57,117 nt of DNA from an uncultured Gemmatimonadota bacterium (GCA_964442125.1 CAYTWO010000004.1:1-57117); one strand, 5' to 3'. Positions 8,963 to 18,359 are shown, counted from the stretch's first letter. Notes: generated from the sequence alone by a model not told the origin. Program-made: numbers and translations.

Positions 8963-9655
8963 TCAGGTCTCACATAAGGACCTGAGAGCTTTCAGATCCA
9001 GGAGGACCAAATTCCTTTTCTCTGATTGAATCCATCCTTTTCGGCGAAACTTGTTCAGGGTAACGCATGTGGTTTCTCTTGTCGATCCAATAAAGCTGGC
9101 GATCTCAAGGTGAGTGAGAGGTAGCCCGATAATCACTCCTTTCCTGGTCGGTTTGCCAAACTCCTCGGCCAGATAGAGGAGCGCACATGCGATCCTCGAA
9201 GAAATGTCACGCGTTACGGTGATCTGGAATTTTTCTTCCAGTTTCATCAAGCGATGACCGACCATCGCAGAGACTTCAATCGCCAGGGATGGATAGCTCT
9301 TCAGGATCTGGAGGAAATCACTCCGGTTTATTTGAAAGAGGGCGCAGCCGGTAACTGCTACGGCGGCGGTATCGTGAGGTGTTCCGTTGAGTATGGCCAC
9401 TTCACCGAACATATCGTGTGTCTTGAAGATTGAAAACGTCAGTTCCCGCCCATCTGGTGTTATTCGAGACAGCTTTACGAGACCTTTTTCGACCAGGTAA
9501 ACGGATTCTGGCTTGTCTCCCTGGAAATAGATTATATTACCTTTTTTAGCGTCGACTAAACTGATCTGCGCTGCAATGTCTTTGAGACCACTTTTATTGA
9601 CATCACGAAATAAAGTGTTTTTCTTTAAATAGCTGACAAAGTATTCTGAGGTCAT
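8963..9655 (-). CDS. Crp/Fnr-family transcriptional regulator
   Basis: 230 aa. N-terminal cNMP-binding beta-roll (GDKPESVYLVEKGLVKLSR ... FGEVA) and a C-terminal HTH (LTHLEIASFIGSTRETTCVTLNKFRRKG). Confidence 0.88.
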   Translation of the reverse strand: MTSEYFVSYLKKNTLFRDVNKSGLKDIAAQISLVDAKKGNIIYFQGDKPESVYLVEKGLVKLSRITPDGRELTFSIFKTHDMFGEVAILNGTPHDTAAVAVTGCALFQINRSDFLQILKSYPSLAIEVSAMVGHRLMKLEEKFQITVTRDISSRIACALLYLAEEFGKPTRKGVIIGLPLTHLEIASFIGSTRETTCVTLNKFRRKGWIQSEKRNLVLLDLKALRSLCET

Positions 9656-9726
9656 TTCTTGTCGCTCCTGGAATCACTCACAGTCCGGGTGGCATGTCAA
9701 GAAACCGCCGGTAGACAGATCAAAGG

Positions 9727-9742
9727 TGTAAGTGAGATTACA
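9727..9742. promoter_or_regulatory. Candidate Crp/Fnr-type operator (TGTAA-N6-TTACA palindrome)
   Basis: Perfect 5+5 palindrome TGTAAGTGAGATTACA in the divergent spacer. It lies 72 bp from the crp-like start and 18 bp upstream of the kinase GTG. It resembles TGTGA-N6-TCACA. Confidence 0.3.
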
Positions 9743-9759
9743 AGTTTAATTTCATAATT

Positions 9760-12700
9760 GTGAGGTATAAAATCAAGGGAAAAGTATTCATAAGAACGAT
9801 AATAACGGCTAAGAGCTCTAATTTCCTCCTTATCTCGACGGCTTTCGCGACCCTCTCGCTTTTGGTTACATCGCATCCGTTCCTGCTTGTCCTGTGGACA
9901 TTATTCCTTCTGTCAGGTGTTGTCAGCATCCTGGTGGAAGGGACGATAAGGAAAAACCTGTCTCGTTTGATCTCCTTTGTACTCCTGGGTGCTGGTCTTT
10001 TTTACATGGTGGAGAACAGGTGGAGATCGTCGATTGCAAGTGATGATTGGAGCTCTCTCTACCCTGAGATCGTTGAGGACCTGAGAGGAGATATCAACCA
10101 TCTTATGCGGAACCATCTCGATGAGAGGTCTCGGCTTGTTGGAGATCTCGGAGAGGAAATAGTGGAGTTCTACACCCATAATAACGAAGGGGTTGATCCG
10201 AGAGGAACACTCTTTGAGCTCCTTGAAAGCAGACGTATCGAACAGCCGGATAGTGATGATTTTCTGCTTGTTCTGACGGGGCTTGACGGGATGGATATTG
10301 CCTGGTCCGGCGACAGCTACTTTCCGAGTGAGGTCGCGATATCGACCGGTATTCCCTCGGAACCTCTGACGATAGAACTCTTTCGTGGAAATATCTTTAC
10401 GGCAGCTGTAATTACCCTTCGACTTCCAGGGATCGGTGTGTTGACCCTTTATGATCACCTGGAAATAAGGCACCATTTGAGCAAACGATACGCGGGGAGT
10501 GGCCGATTCATCGACAGACTGAACCGTCGCTTCGGAACCGAAATCTCCCTCTATCCCGTGAAATATCAGGGATCTTTTGAGGGTAGAGCGGGAAGCGTGT
10601 TATTCCCCTTCATCTTTCGGGGGAATCACCTCGGCAACTGGTCAGTAGATCCTGTGGATCGCGAAGGTTACATCGCGAAATTAGGGTCTCTGGAGGTTCG
10701 CTACCTGCCGCTGTTGTTGTTTTTTCCCTGGCTCATATCTCTATTCGAGATCAAGAATCGGCTGAAACATTTTTTCCTGAGGGATGAAAGACCCACATGG
10801 AGAAGTCTTCTACTATACATAGTACTTCTTGGAGGCGCTCTCTTAGGTCTTCGAGCCATTCTGCTTGAGACATCATTTCCTTCCTCGTGGATTGGAGGCG
10901 CGCCATTTTCTTCCAGGTTCTTTGCAACCGGCTTACTCGAAACGGGATCCGTTTCGATCGGTGAGTTCTTCATCAGTGGTCTTTTCATATCGCTTTTCCT
11001 TATCCATGTATTTCCTCAGCTGAGAGGGCGCATGAGCCTGGTAGGAATGTCGCGGAAAGAAAGGGCAATCTGGGTCTATGGAGGGCTGGCTGTCGGTTTG
11101 ATACTCTCCTTGTCGTCCCCGTTCGTTCTCGAGAGATTGTTCAGGGACAGCCTTTCCTCCATGGTCATAGACCAGGCGTTTATCGGATCTGCTGTTACAA
11201 TCTTCTGGGAGCTCAGCATCTTCCTGTTATTGTTTCCCCTTTTCCTCGTTGTTGCTTTCTGTCTGAGTCCGATGATCTCTTTGACAGGTAGCAAACATCG
11301 TCCCGGGTTTATATGTGCTCTCCTCTCCATAATATTTTTCCTGGCAGGAATATACCTCGCTTTATATGTATACGGTGACGGGTGGTTCTCGGTCTTTGCC
11401 GTAGTGGAAGGTGGGATCATATTGTTTGGCGGGGGCTGGCTATCCACCACTGTGCTCAGGAACGAGGAGGATAGAAACAGACAGCCTCATGGGTGGTTAT
11501 GCCTGGGAGTGATTATTCTCCTGTCGTTCCTTTCGGCTTGTGTGATATATCCAGGGCATCTCCGTTATCGTCACCTGACCCTTGAGGAGACCGGCGAGGA
11601 TTTGATCGAACAGCTCGGTGCGCCCTTCGACAACTGGGCGACTTTTGTCCTGGAAGAGGTGGCCGATGAGCTCCTCGACAGAAAGGGTGAGATCTTCTCG
11701 GAGACAAGAGACAGGCGTGGATTGGGGTTTTACACCTGGGCAAATTCACGTTTGAGCACCCTTGGGCAGAGGACATCGCTTGTCATATACGACGTTACTG
11801 GTCAGGAGATCAGTAGATTTTCTCTTACCGATATCGAACCTGACCAGGCTCTTTCGGATTTCTTTTTCAGCAGGGCTCAGGAAATCGATGACCCGTTCAT
11901 TTATCGTGGCTTTTCGAGCGGTAACGAATTTTACGTAGCAGTTGTACCATATTGGGATGAGGGGAAGCTCAAGAGCTTTCTGACCGTGACGCTTCCCACC
12001 GATCTGGAAGAAAGGCTGGGAGGTGGACCGATCAAGCTATTTACCGATGAATCGGAGGAGGTTCAGTGGAATGTTCCGGAACCGATGGAATTGCGAGTCT
12101 ATACCGCGGAAGAAGAAGAGGTGGATAATGAGGGTGTGTGGTTATCGAGTCAAGACGCAGGTGAACGGTTTCGCTATTTTCGGAAACAGGTGCAGGTAGG
12201 GGGGGAGGATAAGGTAGTCGAGGTCAGGTTCGGGGTGCAGGGAATCCTCGAGTCCGTATCCCGTGTCAATTTTCTATTCATACTCCATTTCCTTCTGATG
12301 TGCATTCTGTGGGGAGTGTCGAGCAGGGGGTATCGAGGCGTATCGTTCAGTAAGGGATTTTCATCAGAAACCTACCAGCGTAAATTGAGGATGTCCCTGA
12401 TAGCTTTTTCGGTTATTCCCACTTTGTTGTTCGGTTTTATTGGTGGACGAGAGATATGGTACCGCATTGATCAGGAGACAAAGTCGAGGGCAAGGGATGG
12501 TCTCGAGGCAATGATTCAGTTGGTAAAACGAGACCTGGGGAAAGCTCAAGGTTCGGGTGGTTCCGGGGAGATCCGGTTCTATTCGACCCCTGAGGGAATT
12601 TTCGCAAGACAGGAGAGAGGACTCATTGAGGGTGATGTGGACCTGTTGATCGATAACCGGTACCTGAAAGAAATCGCCCGCATGATCGGCCGTGATTTCC

Positions 12701-14253
12701 TTCTCTTCTCCGCTAACAGACTCGAATCAACAAGCCAGGAAGGCCTTGTCCAGGCCGGAATGGTTCCGCAGCTGCTTGGAAAGGAACCATACGAGGAGCT
12801 CATCCTTGATGGAAAAGAGTATGCTTTTCACAGAGAATCACTGGGTAATTACCAGTATCTCGTTGCGAATAAGAGGCTGTCACCCGTTAGAGCCGAGTAT
12901 CCGATCATACTTGCCACACCGCTGTTGTGGCGTCAGGCGGAGATCGACCTGGAAGTAGCGGATCTGACGTATTTCGTCTTGATGATCATAAACGTGATAT
13001 TGATCCTGTCAACAGGGATAGGGGAGGTTGTAGGTACTCACCTCTCTCGCCCTATATCCCAGCTGAGAAGAGCGTTCGAAAGGGTCGGGTCCGGTGATTT
13101 TCAGGTTGAGCTCGAAAAGGGGAGACTGGATGAGTTTGGTATCCTGTTCTCATCGTTCGAGGTGATGTCACAACAGCTCGAGACCTCTCAAAAAAAGTTG
13201 TCTGAAGAAAAAGCTCGGATCGATGGTGTTCTCCAGTCCGTAGGGGCCGGGATTCTGGCGTTTGATAGTGATGGGATCCTCAAGGTCGTTAATGCCAGGG
13301 CTGTTTCACTTATCGGTGACTACCTCGAAGATCAGGTTGGAAAGGTTTTCGGAGAGATCACATTTGAGGAGGAGGGGTGGAATGAATTGATCCGCGGCGT
13401 TCAGGGCGTACTCCAATCGGGGGAAGAGGAAGTTCACCCGGATTTTGTAGTTGTCAGAGGAGAGGAGTTGCTGACGATCAGGATGGCGGCAAATCGCCTG
13501 GTAGACGAACGTGGAGAAAAACAGGGTGTTGTCGTTGCCTTTGAGGATATCTCGGAGACCATTCGCTCACAAAAAATCATGGCATGGGGGGAAATGGCCC
13601 GCCAGGTAGCCCATGAAATTAAAAATCCGCTTACACCGATACGGTTATCGATCCAGCATCTACATAAAACCTTCCAGGATGGAGTACCGGATTTCCCGCG
13701 AATCATGGATGATGAGGTGAGGGTTATCCTCCGCGAGATCGATCGTCTCCAGAGGATAGCCGGGGATTTTTCAAGGTATTCGAAACCTGTGGTAGAGGAG
13801 GTCAGACGGATCGAGATTTCTTCCATTGTCAGAGAGGTCATGGAACTTTACGAGAAGGAACATGGAGATATCTCCTATTCATTTGTCCTGCAGGAAGGTG
13901 AGGTCTGGGCGCTGGCGAGCGAGGAAGGCCTTAAAAAAGTGCTGGTTAACCTGATTGAAAACGGTAGAAGAGCTATCAGTGGTCATGGAGAATTGACGGT
14001 GGAGGTAGAGAAAGAGGGGGATCCGGGAGTTGAGATGGTAAAGATAAAGATCTCGGATACAGGGAGGGGGATACCGAAGACCGATATGGGCAAGATATTC
14101 GATCCAAATTTCTCCACCCGCTCCGGAGGCACAGGGCTGGGGCTTGCCATAACGAAACGGATCATAAAAGAGTGGGGAGGAGATATAAAAATTTGGAGTC
14201 GTGAGGGGGAGGGAACACGTGTCGAGGTGCTGATAAAGGGGCATGGTGGGTAA
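9760..14253 (+). CDS. Giant sensor histidine kinase, NtrY-like core with a ~1000-aa multi-TM N-terminal region
   Basis: 1497-aa ORF with a GTG start and many hydrophobic segments in the first ~1050 aa. These are followed by HAMP (LSRPISQLRRAFERVGSGDFQV), PAS, an H-box (EMARQVAHEIKNPLTPIRLS, NtrY/AtoS-type) and HATPase boxes (LIENGRRA, DTGRGIP, GGTGLGLAI). Confidence 0.85.
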   Translation: MRYKIKGKVFIRTIITAKSSNFLLISTAFATLSLLVTSHPFLLVLWTLFLLSGVVSILVEGTIRKNLSRLISFVLLGAGLFYMVENRWRSSIASDDWSSLYPEIVEDLRGDINHLMRNHLDERSRLVGDLGEEIVEFYTHNNEGVDPRGTLFELLESRRIEQPDSDDFLLVLTGLDGMDIAWSGDSYFPSEVAISTGIPSEPLTIELFRGNIFTAAVITLRLPGIGVLTLYDHLEIRHHLSKRYAGSGRFIDRLNRRFGTEISLYPVKYQGSFEGRAGSVLFPFIFRGNHLGNWSVDPVDREGYIAKLGSLEVRYLPLLLFFPWLISLFEIKNRLKHFFLRDERPTWRSLLLYIVLLGGALLGLRAILLETSFPSSWIGGAPFSSRFFATGLLETGSVSIGEFFISGLFISLFLIHVFPQLRGRMSLVGMSRKERAIWVYGGLAVGLILSLSSPFVLERLFRDSLSSMVIDQAFIGSAVTIFWELSIFLLLFPLFLVVAFCLSPMISLTGSKHRPGFICALLSIIFFLAGIYLALYVYGDGWFSVFAVVEGGIILFGGGWLSTTVLRNEEDRNRQPHGWLCLGVIILLSFLSACVIYPGHLRYRHLTLEETGEDLIEQLGAPFDNWATFVLEEVADELLDRKGEIFSETRDRRGLGFYTWANSRLSTLGQRTSLVIYDVTGQEISRFSLTDIEPDQALSDFFFSRAQEIDDPFIYRGFSSGNEFYVAVVPYWDEGKLKSFLTVTLPTDLEERLGGGPIKLFTDESEEVQWNVPEPMELRVYTAEEEEVDNEGVWLSSQDAGERFRYFRKQVQVGGEDKVVEVRFGVQGILESVSRVNFLFILHFLLMCILWGVSSRGYRGVSFSKGFSSETYQRKLRMSLIAFSVIPTLLFGFIGGREIWYRIDQETKSRARDGLEAMIQLVKRDLGKAQGSGGSGEIRFYSTPEGIFARQERGLIEGDVDLLIDNRYLKEIARMIGRDFLLFSANRLESTSQEGLVQAGMVPQLLGKEPYEELILDGKEYAFHRESLGNYQYLVANKRLSPVRAEYPIILATPLLWRQAEIDLEVADLTYFVLMIINVILILSTGIGEVVGTHLSRPISQLRRAFERVGSGDFQVELEKGRLDEFGILFSSFEVMSQQLETSQKKLSEEKARIDGVLQSVGAGILAFDSDGILKVVNARAVSLIGDYLEDQVGKVFGEITFEEEGWNELIRGVQGVLQSGEEEVHPDFVVVRGEELLTIRMAANRLVDERGEKQGVVVAFEDISETIRSQKIMAWGEMARQVAHEIKNPLTPIRLSIQHLHKTFQDGVPDFPRIMDDEVRVILREIDRLQRIAGDFSRYSKPVVEEVRRIEISSIVREVMELYEKEHGDISYSFVLQEGEVWALASEEGLKKVLVNLIENGRRAISGHGELTVEVEKEGDPGVEMVKIKISDTGRGIPKTDMGKIFDPNFSTRSGGTGLGLAITKRIIKEWGGDIKIWSREGEGTRVEVLIKGHGG

Positions 14254-14256
14254 TCC

Positions 14257-14285
14257 TTGACAACTCATAGAGGGGGTATTAAACT
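14257..14285 (+). promoter_or_regulatory. Sigma-70-like promoter candidate for dnaX operon
   Basis: TTGACA (14257-14262), 17-nt spacer, TAAACT (14280-14285), about 65 nt upstream of the dnaX ATG. Confidence 0.4.
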
Positions 14286-14349
14286 CACTTCAAACCGCTC
14301 GAATCACACCATTTTTCCCTTGACTGAGTAGGAATACAGGACCGGATCT

Positions 14350-16095
14350 ATGGCCTATCAGGTACTGGCGAGGAAATATCGACCGAAGGTTTTCGAGGAG
14401 ATTGTCGGTCAACCCCATGCATCCGTCAGCCTGAAGAATGCCGTTACACGAGATAAAGTCTCTCACGCCTATCTCTTTTCGGGGCCGAGAGGTGTCGGTA
14501 AGACTTCCACGGCGCGGATCCTGGCAAAAGCCCTGAACTGTCCAAAACCATCCAACGGAAATCCGTGTAACAAGTGTGAGGTGTGCGGAGCTGTAGATCG
14601 CGGGCTTTTCATGGACGTTTTTGAGATCGACGCGGCCTCTAACAGGGGGATCGACGAGGTCAGAGATCTCAGGGAGAAGGTCAAGTACCCACCCCAGCTT
14701 GGTCGGTACAAGGTCTATATTGTCGACGAGGTCCACATGTTGACCGACTACGCGTTTAATGCCTTTTTGAAGACTCTCGAAGAACCCCCGTCACACGTTG
14801 TCTTTATATTCGCGACCACCGAGGCTCACAGGATTCCACAGACAATTTTATCGAGATGTCAGCGGTACGATTTCCGGCGGATACACGTGAAAGACATAGT
14901 TCTGAAAATGGAGGATGTCCTGAAAAAGGAGGGATATCCAGGAGACGATCTATCCGAGGAGGTGGTCGGTGTGCTGCATATCATCGCGCGAAGAGTAGAT
15001 GGCAGTCTCCGTGACGCCCTCAGCCTTCTTGATCAGGTCCTTTCCTTTGGAGACGGCACTATCGTTCACCAGGCACTGGAGGGAGTACTGGGAAGGGTGG
15101 ACGAGGAGCTCTATCTCGAGCTGGCTCGAATCCTTCAGAAGCGAGAGGCAGCCGAAGTCTTTCCCTATGTCCAGGGATTGCTGGACAATGGAGCGGATCT
15201 GGACGAATTTTATTACGGTCTTGTCGATCATATCAGGAGCATGATCCTCTTTCGTATAGGTGGGGATGCCTGGAAGGATCTGGAGTATCCTTCCCACGTG
15301 GTCAAGGAGTATGAGAATCTAGCGAAAGGGCATTCACTCGAAGATCTGATGAGGATGGCGAGGATCGTCGAGAGAGAGGAATATGCCTTCAAGACATCCC
15401 ATCAGAGGAGGTTCGCCCTGGAGACCCTCTTATTGAGACTTGTTCTGCTGGACAGAACTGTTCAGCTTAGCGAGTTGATGGAGAAGCTGAATCAAGGATC
15501 TGGCAAGATGGTTGGCAGTCGCGGAGGAGTAGAGAAGAAGACACGAGCGAGGCTATCGAAAGGTAAAATAGAGAATAAAGAGAAAAACAGAAACGGAGAT
15601 ATCGAAGTAAATAAAGAAGAGGGCAAGGTGAGGGCTGAAAGGGTAATAATTGAGGATAAAGAGATAAAATCTCAGGATCAGGTCAGACCTCAGGATGCAG
15701 GAGATCTTTTTGGAGTGATAAAGGATTCCTGGGGGCAAATCACCACCGAGATCAAGGCCAGAAAAGTCAGCCTCGGCAATTTCCTGTCATCAGCTCAACC
15801 GATGGGATTAGATGGTGGCTCGCTCGTTCTGGGAGTTGGCGATGGTATGAGAGACTTTATCTCGGACCAGTTGAAAATAGCAAGCAACTTACGTCTTATC
15901 TTCGAAGTGATAGCCGATTTGGTCGGCAAAAAAGTATCATTGAGTCTGGAAGTCAGGGAAATGGAAGAGGGGGAAGGTGCGGGAGTGGGAAACGGAAACG
16001 AAACCTTCAATGAGGAACAGATCGAGTCAAACGGTACAGTACTCCTGGAGAAGGTAAAAAACCTTTTCGATGCTGAAATTGTGAGAGAGGAATAA
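14350..16095 (+). CDS. dnaX: DNA polymerase III subunit gamma/tau
   Basis: 581 aa. Starts MAYQVLARKYRP, with Walker A GPRGVGKTS, zinc module CNKCEVC, Walker B IVDEVHML and SRC motif (LSRCQRYDF). Confidence 0.94.
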   Translation: MAYQVLARKYRPKVFEEIVGQPHASVSLKNAVTRDKVSHAYLFSGPRGVGKTSTARILAKALNCPKPSNGNPCNKCEVCGAVDRGLFMDVFEIDAASNRGIDEVRDLREKVKYPPQLGRYKVYIVDEVHMLTDYAFNAFLKTLEEPPSHVVFIFATTEAHRIPQTILSRCQRYDFRRIHVKDIVLKMEDVLKKEGYPGDDLSEEVVGVLHIIARRVDGSLRDALSLLDQVLSFGDGTIVHQALEGVLGRVDEELYLELARILQKREAAEVFPYVQGLLDNGADLDEFYYGLVDHIRSMILFRIGGDAWKDLEYPSHVVKEYENLAKGHSLEDLMRMARIVEREEYAFKTSHQRRFALETLLLRLVLLDRTVQLSELMEKLNQGSGKMVGSRGGVEKKTRARLSKGKIENKEKNRNGDIEVNKEEGKVRAERVIIEDKEIKSQDQVRPQDAGDLFGVIKDSWGQITTEIKARKVSLGNFLSSAQPMGLDGGSLVLGVGDGMRDFISDQLKIASNLRLIFEVIADLVGKKVSLSLEVREMEEGEGAGVGNGNETFNEEQIESNGTVLLEKVKNLFDAEIVREE

Positions 16096-16128
16096 CAGAA
16101 CCACTTAGAAAGCGGATAGAGGAGTTCG

Positions 16129-16440
16129 ATGAAGAAATTTTACGACATGATGAAACAAGCCCAACAAATCCAGGAAAAACTGAAGAAAACTCGGGAAAGC
16201 CTTGCCGATGTGGAAGTGGAAGCCACCAGTGGAGGAGGAGTCGTTCGCGTCGTGGTCAATGGACACAAGAGACTTCTAAGCCTCGAGATCAAAAAAGAGG
16301 TCGTCGACCCTGAAGAAGTGGGAATGTTGCAAGATCTGATAATCAGCGCCGTCAACAGTTCGATGGAGAAGGCTGGAGAGATGATCAACGAAGAGATCGG
16401 AAAGGTCACGGGTGGAATGCCCATTCCCAATCTCTTTTGA
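16129..16440 (+). CDS. ybaB: Nucleoid-associated protein YbaB/EbfC
   Basis: 103 aa. MKQAQQIQEKLKK...GGGVVRVVVNG pattern and the classic dnaX-ybaB-recR synteny. Confidence 0.9.
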   Translation: MKKFYDMMKQAQQIQEKLKKTRESLADVEVEATSGGGVVRVVVNGHKRLLSLEIKKEVVDPEEVGMLQDLIISAVNSSMEKAGEMINEEIGKVTGGMPIPNLF

Positions 16441-16549
16441 CGCGGCAACGGCCGTTCCGACCCCTTCCGCGTTCAAAGGGGAGCTTACAGAGGATCACCG
16501 TTGTGATCCGGGAACTATCCGGAACGATACGATTGGACTGGAAAAGGTA

Positions 16550-17143
16550 ATGTCGTCAGCGATCGAGAGACTGATAGAAGAATTCAATAAACTACCTGGC
16601 ATTGGAAAGAAGACAGCCCAGAGATTGACCTTTCATCTCCTCAAGACATCGAAGGAGGAGGCTGATTCCCTGGCTGAAGCGATCAGGGAGATCAAGGAAA
16701 AGATATCTTTCTGCTCGGAATGTTCGAATCTGACCGAAATAGATCCATGTGCTATTTGTAAAGACCCGAGGAGGGATTCGAGGTTTTTATGCGTGATCGA
16801 GGAACCGAGTGATGTGGAGCCGTTGGAAAGAACTGGGAAGTACAGGGGTCTTTACCACGTCCTGATGGGGGTGATCTCTCCCCTTGATGGAAAAGGACCC
16901 GATGACTTGACAACGGATCACTTGATAAACAGGGTGAAGGAAGGTGGTTTCAAGGAAGTAATAGTTGCTACAAACCCGACGCGAGAAGGGGAAGCGACTG
17001 CGGCTTATATCGCAAAGGTCTTGAAACCGTTTGGGGTAACGATCACCAGGATTGCGAGAGGCCTGCCAATGGGGGGGGATATCGAGTATGCGGATGAAGC
17101 AACCTTATCCGAAGCGATGGATGGCAGGAGAGAGCTGAATTGA
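16550..17143 (+). CDS. recR: Recombination protein RecR
   Basis: Begins at ATG 16550 (MSSAIERLIEEFNKLPGIGKKTAQRL helix-hairpin-helix). C4 zinc finger CSECSNLTEIDPCAIC and a Toprim domain. The upstream in-frame ORF extension (16412-16549) overlaps ybaB and is not conserved-looking. Confidence 0.93.
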   Translation: MSSAIERLIEEFNKLPGIGKKTAQRLTFHLLKTSKEEADSLAEAIREIKEKISFCSECSNLTEIDPCAICKDPRRDSRFLCVIEEPSDVEPLERTGKYRGLYHVLMGVISPLDGKGPDDLTTDHLINRVKEGGFKEVIVATNPTREGEATAAYIAKVLKPFGVTITRIARGLPMGGDIEYADEATLSEAMDGRRELN

Positions 17144-17757
17144 TCCTTAGACTGGTCGAACAGGAGAAGAATAAACCACTGAAAATAGTATATGCCGGGA
17201 TCAGGGGATCTGGTAAATGCACCAATCTCAAGGCGATACTCGAATCGGTCGAAAAGCCCGGGATAATTGGTTTGGCGAACGTTATCGATCATTCTCTCGG
17301 CAATTCCTTGATGGATTATCTCTTGTTTGATATTACACCAAAGTACTCCACCACAATTCGTGTGTTCCTAATTACGTTGAGCCCGACCCTGCACAGGGAG
17401 TTGAGCCGTGATATTATCCTGAGCGGTATCGATGGAGTCGTCATGGTCATAGATTCAAATGTCGGGTTGTTTCATACCAACATGAAAGCATACAGGGAAA
17501 TATCGGAGACGCTCTCGGTAGTCAATACCAGGGAGAAGATAGAGGCGCCGGTTATCATTCAGTACAACAAGCGAGATATCAAAAATAGGCTGCCTGTCCC
17601 GTATCTTCAATCACGACTGAATCCCAGGGAATTACCCAGTGTATCATCGGTCGCGAATCAGGGAAAGGGAGTCCTTTCAACCTTCAGGACGGTATTGTCG
17701 GCGGCAATGGAAACTCGTGAATCCCGAATAAGAAATCTTATAGGACACCACTCATGA
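17140..17757 (+). CDS. MglA-like small Ras-superfamily GTPase with degenerate catalytic motifs
   Basis: 205 aa. KIVYAGIRGSGKCTN compares with MglA KIVYYGPGLCGKTTN; DGVVMVIDS with DGVVFVADS; and IIQYNKRDI with VIQYNKRDL (MglA recalled from memory). The start overlaps the recR stop by 4 nt and the stop overlaps the pgsA start by 4 nt. Confidence 0.7.
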   Translation: MILRLVEQEKNKPLKIVYAGIRGSGKCTNLKAILESVEKPGIIGLANVIDHSLGNSLMDYLLFDITPKYSTTIRVFLITLSPTLHRELSRDIILSGIDGVVMVIDSNVGLFHTNMKAYREISETLSVVNTREKIEAPVIIQYNKRDIKNRLPVPYLQSRLNPRELPSVSSVANQGKGVLSTFRTVLSAAMETRESRIRNLIGHHS

Positions 17758-18350
17758 GGATGACATTACCGAACAAGATGACTATTGGCAGGCTCCTTGC
17801 CAGTCCCGTTCTATTCCTGTTGATCCTTCTTTACGAAGATCCGGTTTCGAGGATTCTGGCGTTCATTGTTTTTCTGGGGGCCGCACTGACCGATCTGTAT
17901 GACGGGTATCTTGCACGGAAGTATGGTGATGTTACTAATTTTGGGAAGGTGATCGATCCTCTTGCGGACAAGTTCCTCCTTTCAGCTGCATTCATAGCTT
18001 TTTACCTGAAAAGTGACGATGTAACCAGAGAAATAAGTCTATGGGTCCTTCTTGTCATATTGGGGAGGGAGATCATTATTATGATCTTCCGGTATTACTC
18101 ACTTCAGCGGGGGAGGGTCATATCGACATCCCGTCTGGCAAAAGCCAAGACATTGACACAAAACTTCTTTATTGGTTCTGTCCTGGTCCGATTGGTTCAC
18201 CGCTCACTCGGAGAACAATATCCTCTGTTCCATTTCTCTGGATTTGATGGATTCCATAGGGATCTTAACACCTTCTCTCTATGGGTGGTCCTCTTGCTGA
18301 CGGTAGTCTCGGGATTGTTCTATGTCTGGCGAAACAGGCATATGGTGTGA
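17754..18350 (+). CDS. pgsA: CDP-diacylglycerol--glycerol-3-phosphate 3-phosphatidyltransferase
   Basis: 198 aa multi-TM protein. CDP-alcohol phosphatidyltransferase motif DLYDGYLARKYGDVTNFGKVIDPLADK. Confidence 0.88.
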   Translation: MRMTLPNKMTIGRLLASPVLFLLILLYEDPVSRILAFIVFLGAALTDLYDGYLARKYGDVTNFGKVIDPLADKFLLSAAFIAFYLKSDDVTREISLWVLLVILGREIIIMIFRYYSLQRGRVISTSRLAKAKTLTQNFFIGSVLVRLVHRSLGEQYPLFHFSGFDGFHRDLNTFSLWVVLLLTVVSGLFYVWRNRHMV

Positions 18351-18359
18351 GGAGCCCTT

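Noticed and set aside
14254-14349. SRP (4.5S) RNA could lie upstream of dnaX, as in Firmicutes.
   Set aside because: The spacer is only 96 bp and lacks the conserved domain-IV motif (…GGUCCGGAAGGAAGCAGCC…). CAGGACCGGA is only a superficial resemblance.
15928-15934. An A-rich run (GGC AAA AAA GTA) in dnaX could be a gamma/tau programmed -1 frameshift site.
   Set aside because: The heptamer is not in the A AAA AAG register relative to the reading frame. It lies at codon ~526 of 581, far downstream of where gamma ends in E. coli. No downstream stem-loop was seen.
16412-16549. Long N-terminal extensions are offered by the ORF track for recR (16412), thpR (19280), smpB (46807), pyrK (50445), pyrF (52739) and the GGDEF-STAND gene (32582).
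   Set aside because: The extensions overlap upstream genes or non-coding DNA and are not conserved-looking. Internal ATGs give canonical family N-termini, often with 4-nt stop/start overlaps.
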